Below are positions 21,345-34,919 of a stretch of DNA of 64,000 nt, piece by piece. Origin of the DNA: Carcharhinus amblyrhynchos (taxonomy: Eukaryota). The notes under the pieces were generated by a model that was not told where the DNA came from, ran no database searches, and saw nothing but the letters and a program-made list of their open reading frames with translations. The first letter of the stretch is position 1; every line of letters begins with the position of its first letter. Location: the NCBI GenBank assembly GCA_965287045.1, contig OZ336893.1, positions 7,254,001 to 7,318,000 of the forward strand, in the 5' to 3' direction. A program made the translations under genes and the position numbers.

Positions 21345-24030
21345 ATTTTTTTATTTGTTCACAGGTTGTAGCTTCATTAGCCAGGCCAGCACTTATTGCC
21401 CATCCCTACCTGCCCTTGAGAAGGTGGTGGTGAGCCACCATCTTGAAATGCTGCAGTCCGTGTGGTGAAGGAAGGGGGTTTCAGGATTTTGACTCTGACA
21501 GTAGAGGAATGGCAGTACAGTTCCAAGTCAGCATGGTGTGTGGTTTGGAGGGGAATGTTCAGGTTATAGTGTGCTTATGCGTAAGCTGCCCTTGTCCTTA
21601 TTGATGGTAGACTATGCGCTGTTTGGAAGGTGCAGTTAAAGGAGCCTTGGTGAGTTGTTGCAGTGCAAAATGTAGCTGGTACACATTGCTGCCACTGTGC
21701 ATCGATGGTGGGAGGAGTGAATGTTGAAGATGGTGGATGGGGTGCCAATCAAGTGGGCTGCTTTGTCCTGGATGTGTCCAGCTTCTTGTTTGTTGTTTGA
21801 ATTGCACTCATTCAAACAAATGCCTGAATATGTTTTGTAGATTGTGGACAGGCTTTGGGGAGTTTGGAGAGGAGTTATTCCACGTAGTGTTCCCAGCCTT
21901 GGACCTGTTCCTGTTGCCTTAGTATTTAGCTGGTCCAGTTCAATTTCTGTTCGATGGTAACCCCCCAGGATATTGTTGGTAGGGATTCAGCGCCACTAAA
22001 ACCGTTGAATGTTGAGAGGCAATTGTTAGTTTCTCTCTTGTTGGAGGTGGTCATTGTCTAGCTCTTGTGTGGTGCAAATGTTACTTGCACTTTCACCCTA
22101 AGCCTGAATATTGTCCAGGTCTTATTGCATAGGGAATAAACCTGCTTCAGTATCTGAGGAGTCTCAAATAATGATGAACATTTTGCAATCATCAGCAAAC
22201 ATCCCCACTTTTGACCATATGATGGAGCAGCTGAAGGTGGTTGAGTCAAGGATATGCTCTGAGGAACTTATGCAACAATGCCCTGTGATGATTGATCTCC
22301 AACAATGACAAATTCTTCCTCTGTGCTTGGTATAGCTCCGACTAGTGGCAGTTTTTACCCTCTGTTTCACACTGCCTTCATGCCACACTTAGTCAAATGC
22401 TACCTTGTTTTCAAGGGTAGTTACTCGCATCTCACCGCTTGAGTTCAGCTCTTTTGTCCACGTTTGTACCAGAGCTGTAATAAGGTCAGGAGCTGATTGG
22501 CCCTGGTGGAACTCAAACTGTTACTGAGTTAAGTGGTGCTTGATAGCATTGTCAATTATGCTTTCTATTACTTCGATTGCGAGTCAACTAATGTGTGTTA
22601 ATTGGCCAGACTGGATTTGTCCTATTTTTTTCGTGGACAGGATGTAACTGGACACTTTTCCACATTACTGGGTTAATGCTAATGTTGCAGCTATACTTGA
22701 ACAGCTTGACCAGGGATGTGGGCAAGTTCTGGAGCACAAGTCTAGAGTGTTAATTCTGGAATGTTGTCAGGACTCGAAGCCTTTGCAGTATACAATACCT
22801 TCAGCCATTTATTGATATCGCATGGAGTGAATTGAACTGGCTGAAGACTAACATCTGTAATGCTGCGGACCTTAGCTGAACATGGTTGTGAATGCATCAA
22901 CCTTGCCTTTTGTACTGATGTGCTGGGCTTCTCCATTACCGAGGATAGGGATAATTATGGACTTTCCTTCTCTTGTTTTTTTTACTTGTCCATCAACTTT
23001 TATGATTGGATGTGGCAGGACTGCAGAGCTTAGATATGACCCATTGGTTCTGGGATAACTTAGCTCTCTCTGTTGCATGCTGCTGTCCCTGTTTGGCATG
23101 CAAGAAGTCCTGTAGCTTCACCAGGTTGATACTTCAATTTTGTGTATGTTTTTGGCATGTTCGCCTGCTCTCTTCATTGAATCAAAGTTGATCCATGACT
23201 TGATGATAATGGTAGAGTGGGGAGAATGTGCTGGGCCTTGAAGTTACAGGTTCTGGTTAAATGCAGTTCTGCTGCTATGGACAGCCCATAGCATTTTACA
23301 GCTAGTTTTGAGTTTCTACATTTCATTGAAATCTATTCTACTTAGCATGGTGGTAGTGTAACACAATAGGGCATTCTCATTGTAAAAGACTTTGCCTCCA
23401 TAAGGATTGTGCAGTGGTCATTCTTAACAATACAGTCATGGACAGATGCGTCTATGACTGGTAGATTGGTGAGAATGATGTCAAATAGGTTTTTTCCTCT
23501 TTATGGTTCCCTCACCACCTGTTGCCAATCCATTCAAACAGCTATGTCCTTTAGGATGTGGCCAGCTTGGTCAATAGTGATGCAATATTAAATCTGACAA
23601 GTCCCCCACCCAGAATACGTTCTGTGTCCTTGCCTCCCTCAGTGCTTCTTCTAATCGGTGTTCGACGTGGAAAAGGACTGATTCATCAGTTGAACAGGAG
23701 ATGGAGTAGGTGGTAGTCAGTAGGTGGGTTTCTTGCCCATGTTTGACCTGATGCCAAGAAACTTTGAGATCTAGGCTCATTGCTGAGTCCTTGGGCAACT
23801 CCCTCCTGACCACATACCACCGTGCTTGACAAGGAGCAGCTCTCCCAATTCTGACTGAAGCCCCAAGATGTTCCTAAGGAGACTTTGCAGGGTTGAGGGA
23901 ATTGGGTTTGCCACTGGTGTTTCTGGGTAAATGCTGCTTGGTCCATCCGATTTAATGGTTTTTAGATTTCATAGTGGTTTGATGCAACTGAGTAGTTTGC
24001 CAGGCCATTTCAGAGGGCAGTTAAAATGAA
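21345..24030 (-). mobile_element. Decayed LINE of a second CR1/Jockey-group family (APE + RT)
   Basis: VSWHQVKHGQ..TTY..DESVLFHVEHRLEEAL..VGD (APE), MFADDC (RT) and a tail ..GGGATGGGCAATAA. Clade not certain. Confidence 0.85.
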
Positions 24031-24034
24031 TGTC

Positions 24035-24205
24035 CCTCCCTACACCTTTCCACCTGACCTTTCTTATTTAAGACTTCTTTGACCAAACCTTTGGTCATTT
24101 ATCACCCCAAATGGCTCAGTGTCATATTTTGTTTTGTAATACTCCTGTGAGCTGTCCTGGGATATTTTTACATTAAAGATGTGATGTAAATATAAGTTAT
24201 TGCTT
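24035..24205 (+). mobile_element. L2 3' end
   Basis: CTTCTTTGACCAAACCTTTGGTCA..CCTGTGAGCTGTCCTGGGA..TAAATATAAGTTATTG. Confidence 0.65.
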
Positions 24206-25034
24206 AGAACAATTAACAGACTCTATTATCGTCAGGTATGGAAGTAGTGGTGTGATTTAAAAGAATCAGGTTTAATAAAAGTAAATGTTTTTATGTTCTT
24301 TCATTATTGGAAAACTGACTGTTCCTCCAAATAAGTTTGCAAGAACTTGGCTTTTGTATTCCCTGTGAAATTCCTTAATAGCGACACACAGCCATTTCAA
24401 ACAATGAAAGCATGACTCACTGTGGGTATTGTAATTAGAGATATTATAATTCAGATATCAATAAGCCTGATTCCATGGGTAACTGAATATATTCCAGTGT
24501 GCTGGAATAAAGATTAACTGTTGCATCACACTAGCAATTTTTTGTGCAAAACAGAAAACAGATGAAAGGCATCAGATCTGCTTTTAGGCATCATTACTGA
24601 CTGCTTGAATAAGAAAGCAACGTTTAAACTGCTATCAAACTTGTAACATTGCATTCTGTAATTTGCTATCTACTTGTATTTTAACTTTCTTTATTTCCCT
24701 GTGTTATGACAGCCACCAAGGCCATGGCGGATCATCAGTAGATCTATCCATGGGCTTTGTGGAGTATGAGCTACCTTATTGAATGAGCAGAGGCTCGCCC
24801 AATGGAAAGCAGCCATGGGGGTTTTGCCTGTGGGTTTACCAGGACCAGGGTTCTTGGTCCTGAGGTGAAGAGTACCTGACTGTAGCTGTGGGAGTGGCCT
24901 TTTCCTTTCATTCACAATAAAGGATATTGATCACAGAAACCAGCATGTGGCTGGATTATTAACCCTGATTATATCAAATTTAATATCAATTTCCTGCATG
25001 CTTCTGCCACATTAACCTGATTTTGATGTAGGCA

Positions 25035-25195
25035 TTAGGTGTAAGTCCAACAAGTTTATTTGGAATGAGGAGCTTTTGGAGCATTGCTCCTTCATTAGAT
25101 GAGTGGACTTTTTCATCAGTGTTGGAATTTAACCTGATTTTATGAGATTTCTTACTGTGCCCACTCCAGTCCAACACTGGCATTTCCACATCATG
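25035..25195. mobile_element. Penelope pseudo-LTR fragments in inverted arrangement
   Basis: Two oppositely oriented pieces of the 37498-37630 terminal repeat, including a mutated hammerhead core. Confidence 0.75.
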
Positions 25196-26364
25196 GCGAC
25201 ATCAAAATGGAGCTCAAAGGCCATTTTAATACCAGGATAACACCCATAGTGCTGAAATTAAGGAGCCGAATTTTGCCGGCAATACAACATTTGGATGAGT
25301 AAATTTGTTCACTCTTAGTTCTTGCCATTTCACAACATATCTTACTGATACCTTGCCTATTTTTCTCCTTCCTGCTGGACATATTTTGTTTTAGTTTGGG
25401 TGATTATGATTTATTAATTTGAACAACATTTCTCTCTCAGATTGATTGTTTCCGTCTAGACTGTAGTAGTTCAGCACCCCACCCATGGGAGTGCCATTTT
25501 GGCTGTGTCGACAAATTAAATGTTTTTTTTCAAATTGACTCAATACAACTTTGTGGAATCAGTTTATTTGTTAATGTTGTAAGTAGGCCTACATTCACAC
25601 TGCAGTGAAAATCCCCTAGTGCTCATACTCCAGCACCTGTTTGGGTACACTGAGGGAGAATTTGGGAATCATCAGTTGAATATTTGGTACTTATACTCCC
25701 GTACTTAGTTACGCATCATGTTGTGTTGCTTTTGGTACCTTGCCAGGTTTTGTAGTTTATTGGCTAAAGTTTGGCACCCGATTGAAAATGTAACGCTTCC
25801 AATCCGTAATCACCACCACAAACCTCTGAATAAACATCCTTTCTTCTGGGAGCTCTTGCTTTGGTGGCTCTGGAATGAAACTGAAGCTGGCACGGCATTC
25901 CAAGAGAATGGTGACACCATATTATCATGATACTTAGTGAAGTTAATCTGTTTATTTATTTAGGGACCAAAGGCCCCAAGTTCAATTTCTGATTTGTGGT
26001 CAGTCTCAATTCGAGTCACATTTGGATGTTAAAGTTAGCTTTGTTGTTTTGGCTGTTCTTGATTACCACTGATATTTAAAAATATACAAATGTGAACATT
26101 AAGATGAACAGGATTGGATTTTGTTTGCATAGCCTACTAGCTAGACTTTGGTGTGCAAAAAGGCTCCTTTAGAAAATATTGAAGGGCTTTCAACACCTGA
26201 GGAATTGAGCCCACCAAGAATTGCCCCCTTCAAAAAGGGAGGAGAAAGTGTACAGCAAAACAGTACCAAAATCAGTCTATTACCTAGAAGCTCCTCTTAA
26301 TTCTCTGTCATTCTGGTATATTCACAATGCAAAATTGATTTTAAGTGTTCATGGTGAAGTGTAT

Positions 26365-26955
26365 GAGTCATACTTGGATGAATTGCAGCTGCAACAACAC
26401 TCAAAGTTCAGTGCCATCCAGAACAAAGCAACCCATTTAATGGTCCTCCATTCACAAACTTAAACATTCACTCCCTCCATAACAGGCACATAGTGACTGC
26501 ATCTGCAAGATGTACTTCATATCCGAAGATGTACTGGTTAAGTGCATTGGCCATGTTAAATTCTCCCTCAGTGTACCCGAACAGGTGCCCGTGTGTGGCG
26601 ACTAGGGGATTTTCATGTATCTTCATTGCAGTGTTAATGTAAACCTATTTGCGACACTAATAAATAAACTTCAAAACAACTCACCGGTGTTCCTTTCGTC
26701 AGCACTTTCCAAACTTGTGATCTCCACCACCTACAAGGCAGCAGATGAATGGGATCATTACTGCCATTAAGTTCGCCTCCAAGCCACACTATCCTCCTTT
26801 AGAACCAAGTTGCTTTTTGTGCTTCAAAATCATGTAATTCCCTTCTCTACACCGCTGTAGAGACACTGCCTATACCACATGAGTGGTTCAAGAGTGCGGC
26901 TCACCAACCACCCTTAAGGGAATTAGCAGTGAGCAATAATCACCTTCCCATGAAA
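26365..26955 (+). mobile_element. LINE 3' fragment (same family as 21345-24030) with a nested V-SINE type A piece (26525-26672)
   Basis: AIQNKATHL.. and CACTCCCTCCA.., plus a SINE tail ..GACACTAATAAATAAAC. Confidence 0.75.
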
Positions 26956-28009
26956 AGAACGCTTGACTTTTCCAGTTAGGTATGAAACACCGAGATCCAT
27001 TGCATATATGCATGATTCAGAAACTGGAGAATCACAGCTATAAGCTTCTTAATCATAACCACCTGGTTATACACCTACTGACATTCTTGAAACAGGCGTT
27101 TGTGAAAATTAGGTGTAATTCACATGTGGAAATGTCACCCAATTGTAAAATAAACAGCCTGCACATTTAAATAGTGCTATTGGTTAACATCTGGTGCTTA
27201 AAGTATTCTTTCAATTTGATTGGAAATGTAATTACATAGTCTTAGTAAATACTTTTAACAGCTCAACATGGTGCCTACGATAGTCTTGCTTTCTTCACTG
27301 CTACTGAAAATATAACACGTTTAATGTTGCACAATTCTGATTGGTACACTTTTAAGGCGTCAGTGTGTCTTGAAATTCGTATTTGATCATGAGCAGACTA
27401 ACTCCTTCAGTGCAGTAAACCCAAAGGAATTTCTGGTTCTGGAAGCTCTCCAAGGAGTGGAGCTATATTTAACCAAATTTTCAATATGCAAAGAAACATT
27501 TTCTCAGAGAATGAGTAAGTTACCTCAAGACTGAACAGTGGCTGTGGAATGGAGAGATTGAAAAAATACAACAAATTGTAATTAGTGTGCTGGGAGGAAT
27601 AAGCATTCAAATTCCCTGAACTGTTCTGACAACTATTGCCCTTTGTATTTTGGGTGTTCACTTTATTGGTTTGTAGACCTAATTTTAGCTCAGCTGTTGA
27701 CTTTTAGTTACTGTGTGCATAAGCAATCATTTATCAAAGGAACTCTTTGTATCTGGCACTACCATTCAGTGGTGGGCTCACTGCAGGCTTAAGGGAATAT
27801 GTGTGCAAAGTATTTGAATTTTTATAACAAATTGGTCAGAGGAAGTCAATTGCAGAGAGCACCTTTTCAGTTCCCTGCTGGAGATGGACACAGACCTAAT
27901 TTGAATGTGACTCAGGTCAGTAGCTGTGACTGCAGCCACACCTCATGGAGCAATCATTTGATAACAAAATTTGCCTAAAATACACACTGTTGTTGTATAC
28001 CAACTACTA

Positions 28010-28510
28010 CTTGACTGAAATAATAACAGAATGCAGTGGAAGCGGTGACAGATCAGGCAACATCAGTGGAGACATAGAAACAGAGTTAACATTTCAGGCA
28101 ATGATCCTTAGTCAGAACTAGTCAAAGATGTAACTGGTCTTCAATAAGTACAAAGGCATAGATGCAGGGGAGGGAGGAAAGAACAAATGGGAAGGCCTTA
28201 AATGACAAAAGGAATGATGATGATGCAAGGCTAAAGGAGAATATAATGGGAAAGTCAAGAAACAAAAGATTGGTCTGGAGAAGCTGTAAATGACAGGAGT
28301 AGAGAGAGCTATTAGCAGCACCCACTGTCTGGAAAAAACAGGAGAAGTGATTATGATCTGAAAATGTTGCATGCTGTAAAACGTCCAACTGAAAGTTGAG
28401 GAGGTCTTCCTTATGTTTCCATTGAGGTTTGGAGGACCATGTTAGTGAATTAAAATAGTATGCAACTGTAAACTCAGGGCCATGATGATGCACTGAATGG
28501 AAAGGTTAAG
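28010..28510 (-). mobile_element. Decayed Penelope-like 3' region
   Basis: KEDLLNFQLDVLQ resembles the PLE GIY-YIG C-terminus. TTCTGACTAAGGATCATTGCCTGAAATGTTAAC on - strand is a hammerhead-like remnant. Confidence 0.55.
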
Positions 28511-28554
28511 AAAGCAGTCATCTAATTTGTGTTTGGTCTCCTCCCTGTTGTCTG

Positions 28555-29430
28555 CTGCTGCACACTCTATTTCAAACCCATATATGGTGGATAAAGAACT
28601 GTGAATCGACTTCTTGTCAGTATAGTAATATTTATTGAAACACACTTAATATTAATCACCCACACAATTAACACTAAGTTATTTACAGGATGCAAAAGTT
28701 CAAGTTTAATACAGACCCTAACTTTTGCATGAGTGGCAAGTACCCAGGCAGATATTGGCCTTTATCTGCGTGCTAGTCTCTGCAGTCCTCAGTGAAGCCT
28801 GGTCTGATACTTTGGCTCTGGTCTTCCTTCCATCACTGGTGTGGTGGCTCTCCTCGTGGTGGTAGTTGCTGGTGGTGGTCACTGTTGTTGTTCGTGTGTG
28901 ACAGAGAAAATCTTCCGTTGTGCAGCACTTTTTATCCCTCATTGGTTTCGCGCTCTTTGGGCAGTCTCTCAATTAGCACCAATCAATTGATCAGGGCTTG
29001 ATCACCCTGATTGATAAAGTCCAATCAGGTACTGTCCCACCAATCTCCTGGGCATGTACCCAATGACAGTAAGAAGTTTGACAAGTTGTCAGACTTCTTA
29101 CTGTGTTTACCCCAGTTCAACGCTGGCATCTCCACATCATGTACCCAATGGCCATGCCCATAGGTGGTGGAAGCACGTAGGTCACTTACGTCCCTCCCAA
29201 ATAAGATGGTAAGGCACCCCTGTGTCTGGTAAACAACTCTGTTTGGCCAGACAGTGTGCATTGTCTTTGAGATGGCCTATATCGTGTGTATTTGGGAGTC
29301 TGAACTGCAGCCTGTTTATTTCTGTCCTTTAAGGCCGCAACCTGTCTGTTTCTGTACTTGGCCAATTATCCGAACGTGCGTTGTAAATCGCCATCTTAGG
29401 CAGCCCATTTGGCCACACTGTCAAGGGGAC
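28555..29430 (-). mobile_element. Possible solo LTR
   Basis: Repeat-like block with AATAAA on - strand (~28630), two CCAAT motifs and a palindromic segment at 28980-29015. Ends are not resolved. Confidence 0.35.
29066..29137. mobile_element. 72-bp Penelope terminal fragment with fold-back
   Basis: Flanked by the 13-bp direct repeat CATGTACCCAATG. Sequence matches the end of the Penelope pLTR. Confidence 0.8.
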
Positions 29431-30169
29431 TACACCCTGAACTGTGAATACAGTGTACTAAATTGAATTGAACATTTTGAGTACAAAACCATTGCTGCAT
29501 TCTGTGTCAAAAGCAGATGCTGTTAATGATTTTGCTGTTGTCATTTACATGTCCCTTAGGTCAGTAAACAAATGAGAGGCCTATTTAATTGCCCCTCCCT
29601 TTTACCGTATGGTACCATTCTTCTTGTTTCTTATAATCACTCTTGCTTTTAATTCTATAACAGGTCATCCCTTTTGTACTTTTCTCCCCACTTTTTTGCT
29701 TGCTGACAGCCACATCTCTAGCTCTTTCCAGTACATTTCAACCTGAAATGTTAACTGTTTTAATATCTCCTTGGACACTGCCTGACCAGCTCAATTATCC
29801 GAGTGTGTTTTGTTTTTATTTCAGATTTCTAGCATTGTGTAATTTTGCTGGTGCAGACAGGAAGGGCTGAATGGGCTCTTTGTGCATCGTAACTTTTCTG
29901 TGGTTCAAAATAACTTAGCGTTGATTGAGAATTGAGCCTTGAAGTTCAAACAGTCTACTTAGTTCCTATTACCTTCTGATCTTAGTCTAAGTCAGGATAG
30001 TGTGTGACTTGGAGGAGTTTCCCTTATTATTGAGTTTTGGCAATGGATACAGTCTGAACAACTTATCAGTTGTAATTGACAACCATGCAGTGTGGAACTG
30101 GAGTCATATTCGGGCTCATCATAGTGGAGTACCAGGTTCCCTTCTCTGAAATGATTGAAACGTGACAAT

Positions 30170-30710
30170 AACTTGTATATATACAGTATCTGTAGCACAA
30201 TAAGACATCTCAAGACCTCTCACTGGAGGGTTATGAAATAAAAATTGACACCAAGCCACTCAAGGTGATATTAGAGCAGACGGCTAAAAGATTGGTCAGA
30301 AAGGTAGGTTTTAAAGAGTGCCTTGAGGTGAGAGAGGTAGAGGTGGAGGACTTCAAGAAGCTGTCAAGCTTAGAAACTTGACGGCTGAAGACATTGAAAT
30401 AATAGATTCTGAGATGCTCAAGAGGCCATTCTTGGAGGAGTGCAGATACCTCAAGAGGATTGTGGAACTAGAAGAGATGACAGAGGTAGGGAAATGAGGA
30501 TGAGATTTTTAAAATTGATGTGTTGCTTGACTGGGAGCCAGTGTAGCTAGGCGAGTACAGGGATGGTAGGTAAATGGGACTTGATGTGAGTAAAAATACC
30601 AGCATTAGAATTTTGCATAACCTCAAATTTATAGCTGATGGAATGTCACAGGCTGGCCATCAGTTTATTGGAAACGTCAAACTAGAGGTTGCAATGACAC
30701 AAATGAAATA
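30170..30710 (-). mobile_element. L2 LINE fragment
   Basis: AAAAGATTGGTCAGAAAGGTAGGTTTTAAAGAGTGCC..TTGACTGGGAGCCAGTG (HWLPV on - strand). Confidence 0.75.
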
Positions 30711-32512
30711 AGTAAAATGTTTGCCATAGCTATTTGCAATGAAGTTGTTATTTGCAATAATTTCTATTCCTGCTCCTACATTGTTATCTCTGGAATCCTC
30801 CAAGGGTCTGTTCTACAATCTTATATCCCATCTACATGCTGCACTTGACAGCATTCAAAAATACAGTGTCCTGTTCAACATGAACATTGATGCCACACAG
30901 ATCTACCTCATCACTTCTTTCACCTTTCCACTGTCTCTGATTTGTCACACTACTTGCCTAACATCCAATATCAGGTGGGGATAAATTTCCACCCACTAAT
31001 TATTGAGAAGTAATTGCCATCATTCCTCATCATAAACTCCTTTTCGTGCCCATGACTGATGGGTTACTAGTCCCATAGGACCAGTACAATTGCCAAGACC
31101 CAGCTCACAGATACTTACTTGGTGATGGAGCAGCACTTCTAAGGCTTCTAATTCCAAATTAACCCATTGGACTTTAACCTGGTGTTGTGAGACTTTTTAC
31201 TGTGCCCACCCCAGTCCAACGCCAGCATCTCCACTTCACAGATATTTGATCCATTTTAAACAAGAGCTAGTATAAAAAAAACTGTCTTGCATTTAAGAAT
31301 AACCAATTTTGAATAGCTTAATTTTGTGGGCCTAATTCAAATCTGTGATGGGTGTAAACTGACCAGGATTGGGACAGCATTCAATCTCTTTTGCGTAGCA
31401 TAGAATTTAGAATGTCTAATTCAGCTTCTCACACAGCAGGAGGCTGCGAACTGAAATTATGATTGTCTGCCCTTCCCCTTTCCTCCATAAAAGGAGAGTG
31501 TTCTGCCACAGTGAGGTTATGCAGTTGCAGGCTGCAACTAGTTAGTTGTTCACAGCATTGGAGGTTGCGAGGTCAATGTCACATCACTGACACTTCTCTC
31601 ATTGCCATGCTTATTTAAGCAGTGATGACTCTCGCAAAAGCGTCACCTAATTGTGCATTCTTTCCTGAGCCTTTGAGTAACCAAACAGGAACATTTCCTG
31701 TTGCCTCAGTTTTGTTAAATTGTGGCTCGCTGACCATAGAAAGACTCTCAAATGTATAAGCAGCCCAAAAATGGCAATGGTGAGTATTGCTGTTAATGGA
31801 TCTGAAATGTTTGTTGCACAGGCAGCTAATGCACTGCACATTTGAAGAGTGTATCTATTGTACACTAAACTGTTGACAAGATTTGCCTCTGGATGCTGTG
31901 CATTTTGTGGCCGCTTTGTCATAAAAGCATTATTGAAATACGTTCTGTTTGTTTATTGTGGTTAGACTCAGTGTGAGGGAAATGAGCTAACACATCACAG
32001 ACACTGCTAGTATCGCAGAAGTGCTTGAGCAATTGTGTGCATTCATACAATGTCCTCTCCACTATCTACGCTACAAACGGCAGTTAATGCTTGATGATTG
32101 TTACTTTAAATTTTTGTTACTGAGAGGCATTTGGCGGTTTGGTCGATTTGGAGGTAGGTCACAGGTCAGTCATGATCTTTTTGAATGGCGGAACAGGTTT
32201 TCGGGGCTGAATGGCCACCCTTTGTCCCTGTGTTTCAAAGTTTGCTGAAAAATGCATTAATTGTTGTGGCACTTGTTCAGTTGAGCAAGGAAACAGTCAG
32301 GTTTGACCTTTGCTTGGATGTGTTTATGTATTTTTGGCTGGGGTGTGGGGCATTAGACTTTGTCTTAGAGTGAATGACTAAGATGGTGGACGGAATGCCA
32401 GTGAAGCTTGCTGTTCTGTCTTTGGTGGCATTGAGGTTCTTTAGTGTTAACGGAGCTGCACTCACTAGAGAAGTGGTGATTATTCCAAAGCTTCTTAGTT
32501 GTGCCTTTTACC

Positions 32513-33116
32513 GGGCAGCACAGTGGTTAGCACTGCTGCCTTACAGTGCCAGGTACCTGGGTTCGATTCCCAGGTTGAGTCGGTGTCTGTGCGGAGTCTG
32601 CATATTCTCCCTGTGTCTGCATGGGTTTCTTCTGGGTGCTCGGGTTCCCTCCCGCAGTCCAAAAGGTGTGCTGGTTAGCTGCATTGGCCATGCTAAATTC
32701 TCCCTCGGTGTACCCAAACAGGTGTCGGAGTGTGGCAGGTAGGGGATTTTCACAGAATCCCTACAGTGCACAATGAGGCCATTTGGCCCGTTGAGCCTGC
32801 ACTGACCACAATCCTATCCAGTCCCTATCCACATATTTACCCTATTAATCCCCTGGCACTAAGGGTTAATTTATCATGGCCAATCTGCCTGATCTGCACA
32901 TTTTTGGAGTTTTGGAGGAAACCAGAGCACCTGGAGAAAACCCATGCAGACATGGGGAAAACATGGAGAGACATGGGTTTGCAAACTCCACGCAGACAGG
33001 CAGGAATTGAAACCGGGTACCTGGCGATGTGAGGCAGCAGTAATAGATTTTCACAGTAACTTCATTGCAGTGTTTATGTAAGCCCACTTGTGACACTAAT
33101 AAATAAACTTTAAACT
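32513..33116 (+). mobile_element. V-SINE type A containing an antisense V-SINE type B (32756-33045)
   Basis: The inner element is flanked by the 11-bp duplication GATTTTCACAG (32745-32755, 33046-33056). Confidence 0.9.
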
Positions 33117-33544
33117 TCAGATGGTGGAGTGGTTTTGGAAAGTCGGGGGTGAGTTATTTGCTGCAAAATTCCCAGGCTTTTACCTGCGGTTGTAGCCACA
33201 CTAATATGGCTGGTCCTGTTCAGTTTATGGTCAGTGATAACCCGAGAATTTTGATGGTGCTCATCATTGACATAGTTCGCTATTTTTCACTGAGGGAATC
33301 TCTTGAATGGAAATTTGACAACAGAATATGTTGTCTCATCAGCAGCAGTTCAGTAAATTAAGAAAGAAGGTACTTGAATCAATTTAGATCTACTTATGGT
33401 GCTTTCCTCACGAATCTTGAGAATGAATGTGGTTGTTGATTGTCTGAGCTGCAGGTACAAGGAAAGTTGCAGGTTTAATCCCAGATCCATGTTGAATGAG
33501 CTGATATCAGTCTTTAACAGTTGGCCTCAGTAATCAAGAGTTGA

Positions 33545-34090
33545 GGAATACTGTGTCCAGTCTGGTCACCCTATTGTAGAAAGGATATTATCAAACTAGA
33601 AAGAGTGCAGAAGAGATTTACTAGGATGCTACCAGGACTTGGTGATTTGAGTTATAAGGAGAGACTGGATAGACTAGGACTTTGTTCTCTGGAGCATAGA
33701 AGGCTGAAGGGTGATCTTATAGAGGTCTATAAAATAATGAGGGGCATAGAACAGCTAGATAGTCAATATCTTTTCCCAGAAGTAGAGGAGTCTAAAGCTA
33801 GAGCGCACAGATTTAAGGTGAGAGGGGAGAGATACAAAAGTGTCCAGAGAGGCAATTTTTTCACACAGAGGGTGGTGAGTGTCTGAAACAATCTGCCAGA
33901 GGTAGTAGTACAGGCAGGTACTATTTTGTCTTTTAAAAAATGTTTAGACAGTTACATGGATAACATGGGTTTAGAGGGCTATGGGCCAAATGTGGGCAAT
34001 TGGGACTAATTTAAGGGTTTGAAAAAAAGGCCAGCATGGACAAGTTGGGCCGAAGCGCCTGTTTCCATGCTGTAAACCTCTCTGACTCTG
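33545..34090 (+). mobile_element. CR1 3' fragment
   Basis: QKRFTRMLPGL..LSYKERLDRLGL..RRLKGDLIEVYKIM and a tail GCCTGTTTCCATGCTGTAAACCT. Confidence 0.93.
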
Positions 34091-34919
34091 AGGAGATGGA
34101 AAATTTGCCGCAGTTCCTGCTCCTGATTACAAACCAGGAGCTTTCCTGCTTGAAAGTGCACGTGTGTGAGCTTCAAATGCAGACACCATTGACCCCAACT
34201 GTGTTACCTCAGCTGTCAAGTAACCCACTTTCCTGACCCACCTGCAGAGAGTGACCAATTGTATGAGGAACCAGAAGGCAGCTGGCACCTGTGAAACTAT
34301 TCCATTAAGACTGGCTATCTTTGAGAGAGGAGAGGGCAATCTCCAATGGCAGACTGGTGCTGCAATTGACAGATGTTGTCTCTGCTGATTTTTGATCTTG
34401 GATGTCTTAAATAGTTTAAAGGTGACATGGCTATGCTAAGTTAACATAACCTCCAACTTCAGTAATGCCGTGTGCAGAGAAGGAAGGAGCTTTAATGTTC
34501 ACATGGCTCTGCACCAAAAAGCAGATGAAAAGGAATTCCTTCTGAGTGCGAAGAAAATAGATGTTTATTATCAATCAGCATTACAATCAGGAGTGCAGGC
34601 TAGTTATCGATTACTCCCACATTGTCATGTGTCATTTTCTGCCACGGTAGTGTTTCGACAGTGAAGCTTGAGAAGCAATTAATGGTCACATTTATACATT
34701 GGAATGGCCATTTGAAAAGATGTTAGAAATTCAACAATCTTGCATGAAGACTTCTTCAAAATTTTTTCATTTGAGGAATTATATATATTTTGTTCATAAA
34801 ATTTGACAAAGTATTTTACATAACTGTTCAAATTTGACAATCCATAAAATGTAATATGGCCTGTTTCTTTTAATATGGTTAGTACATGAAATGCATTACT
34901 GCACATGCCAAAGGATATT

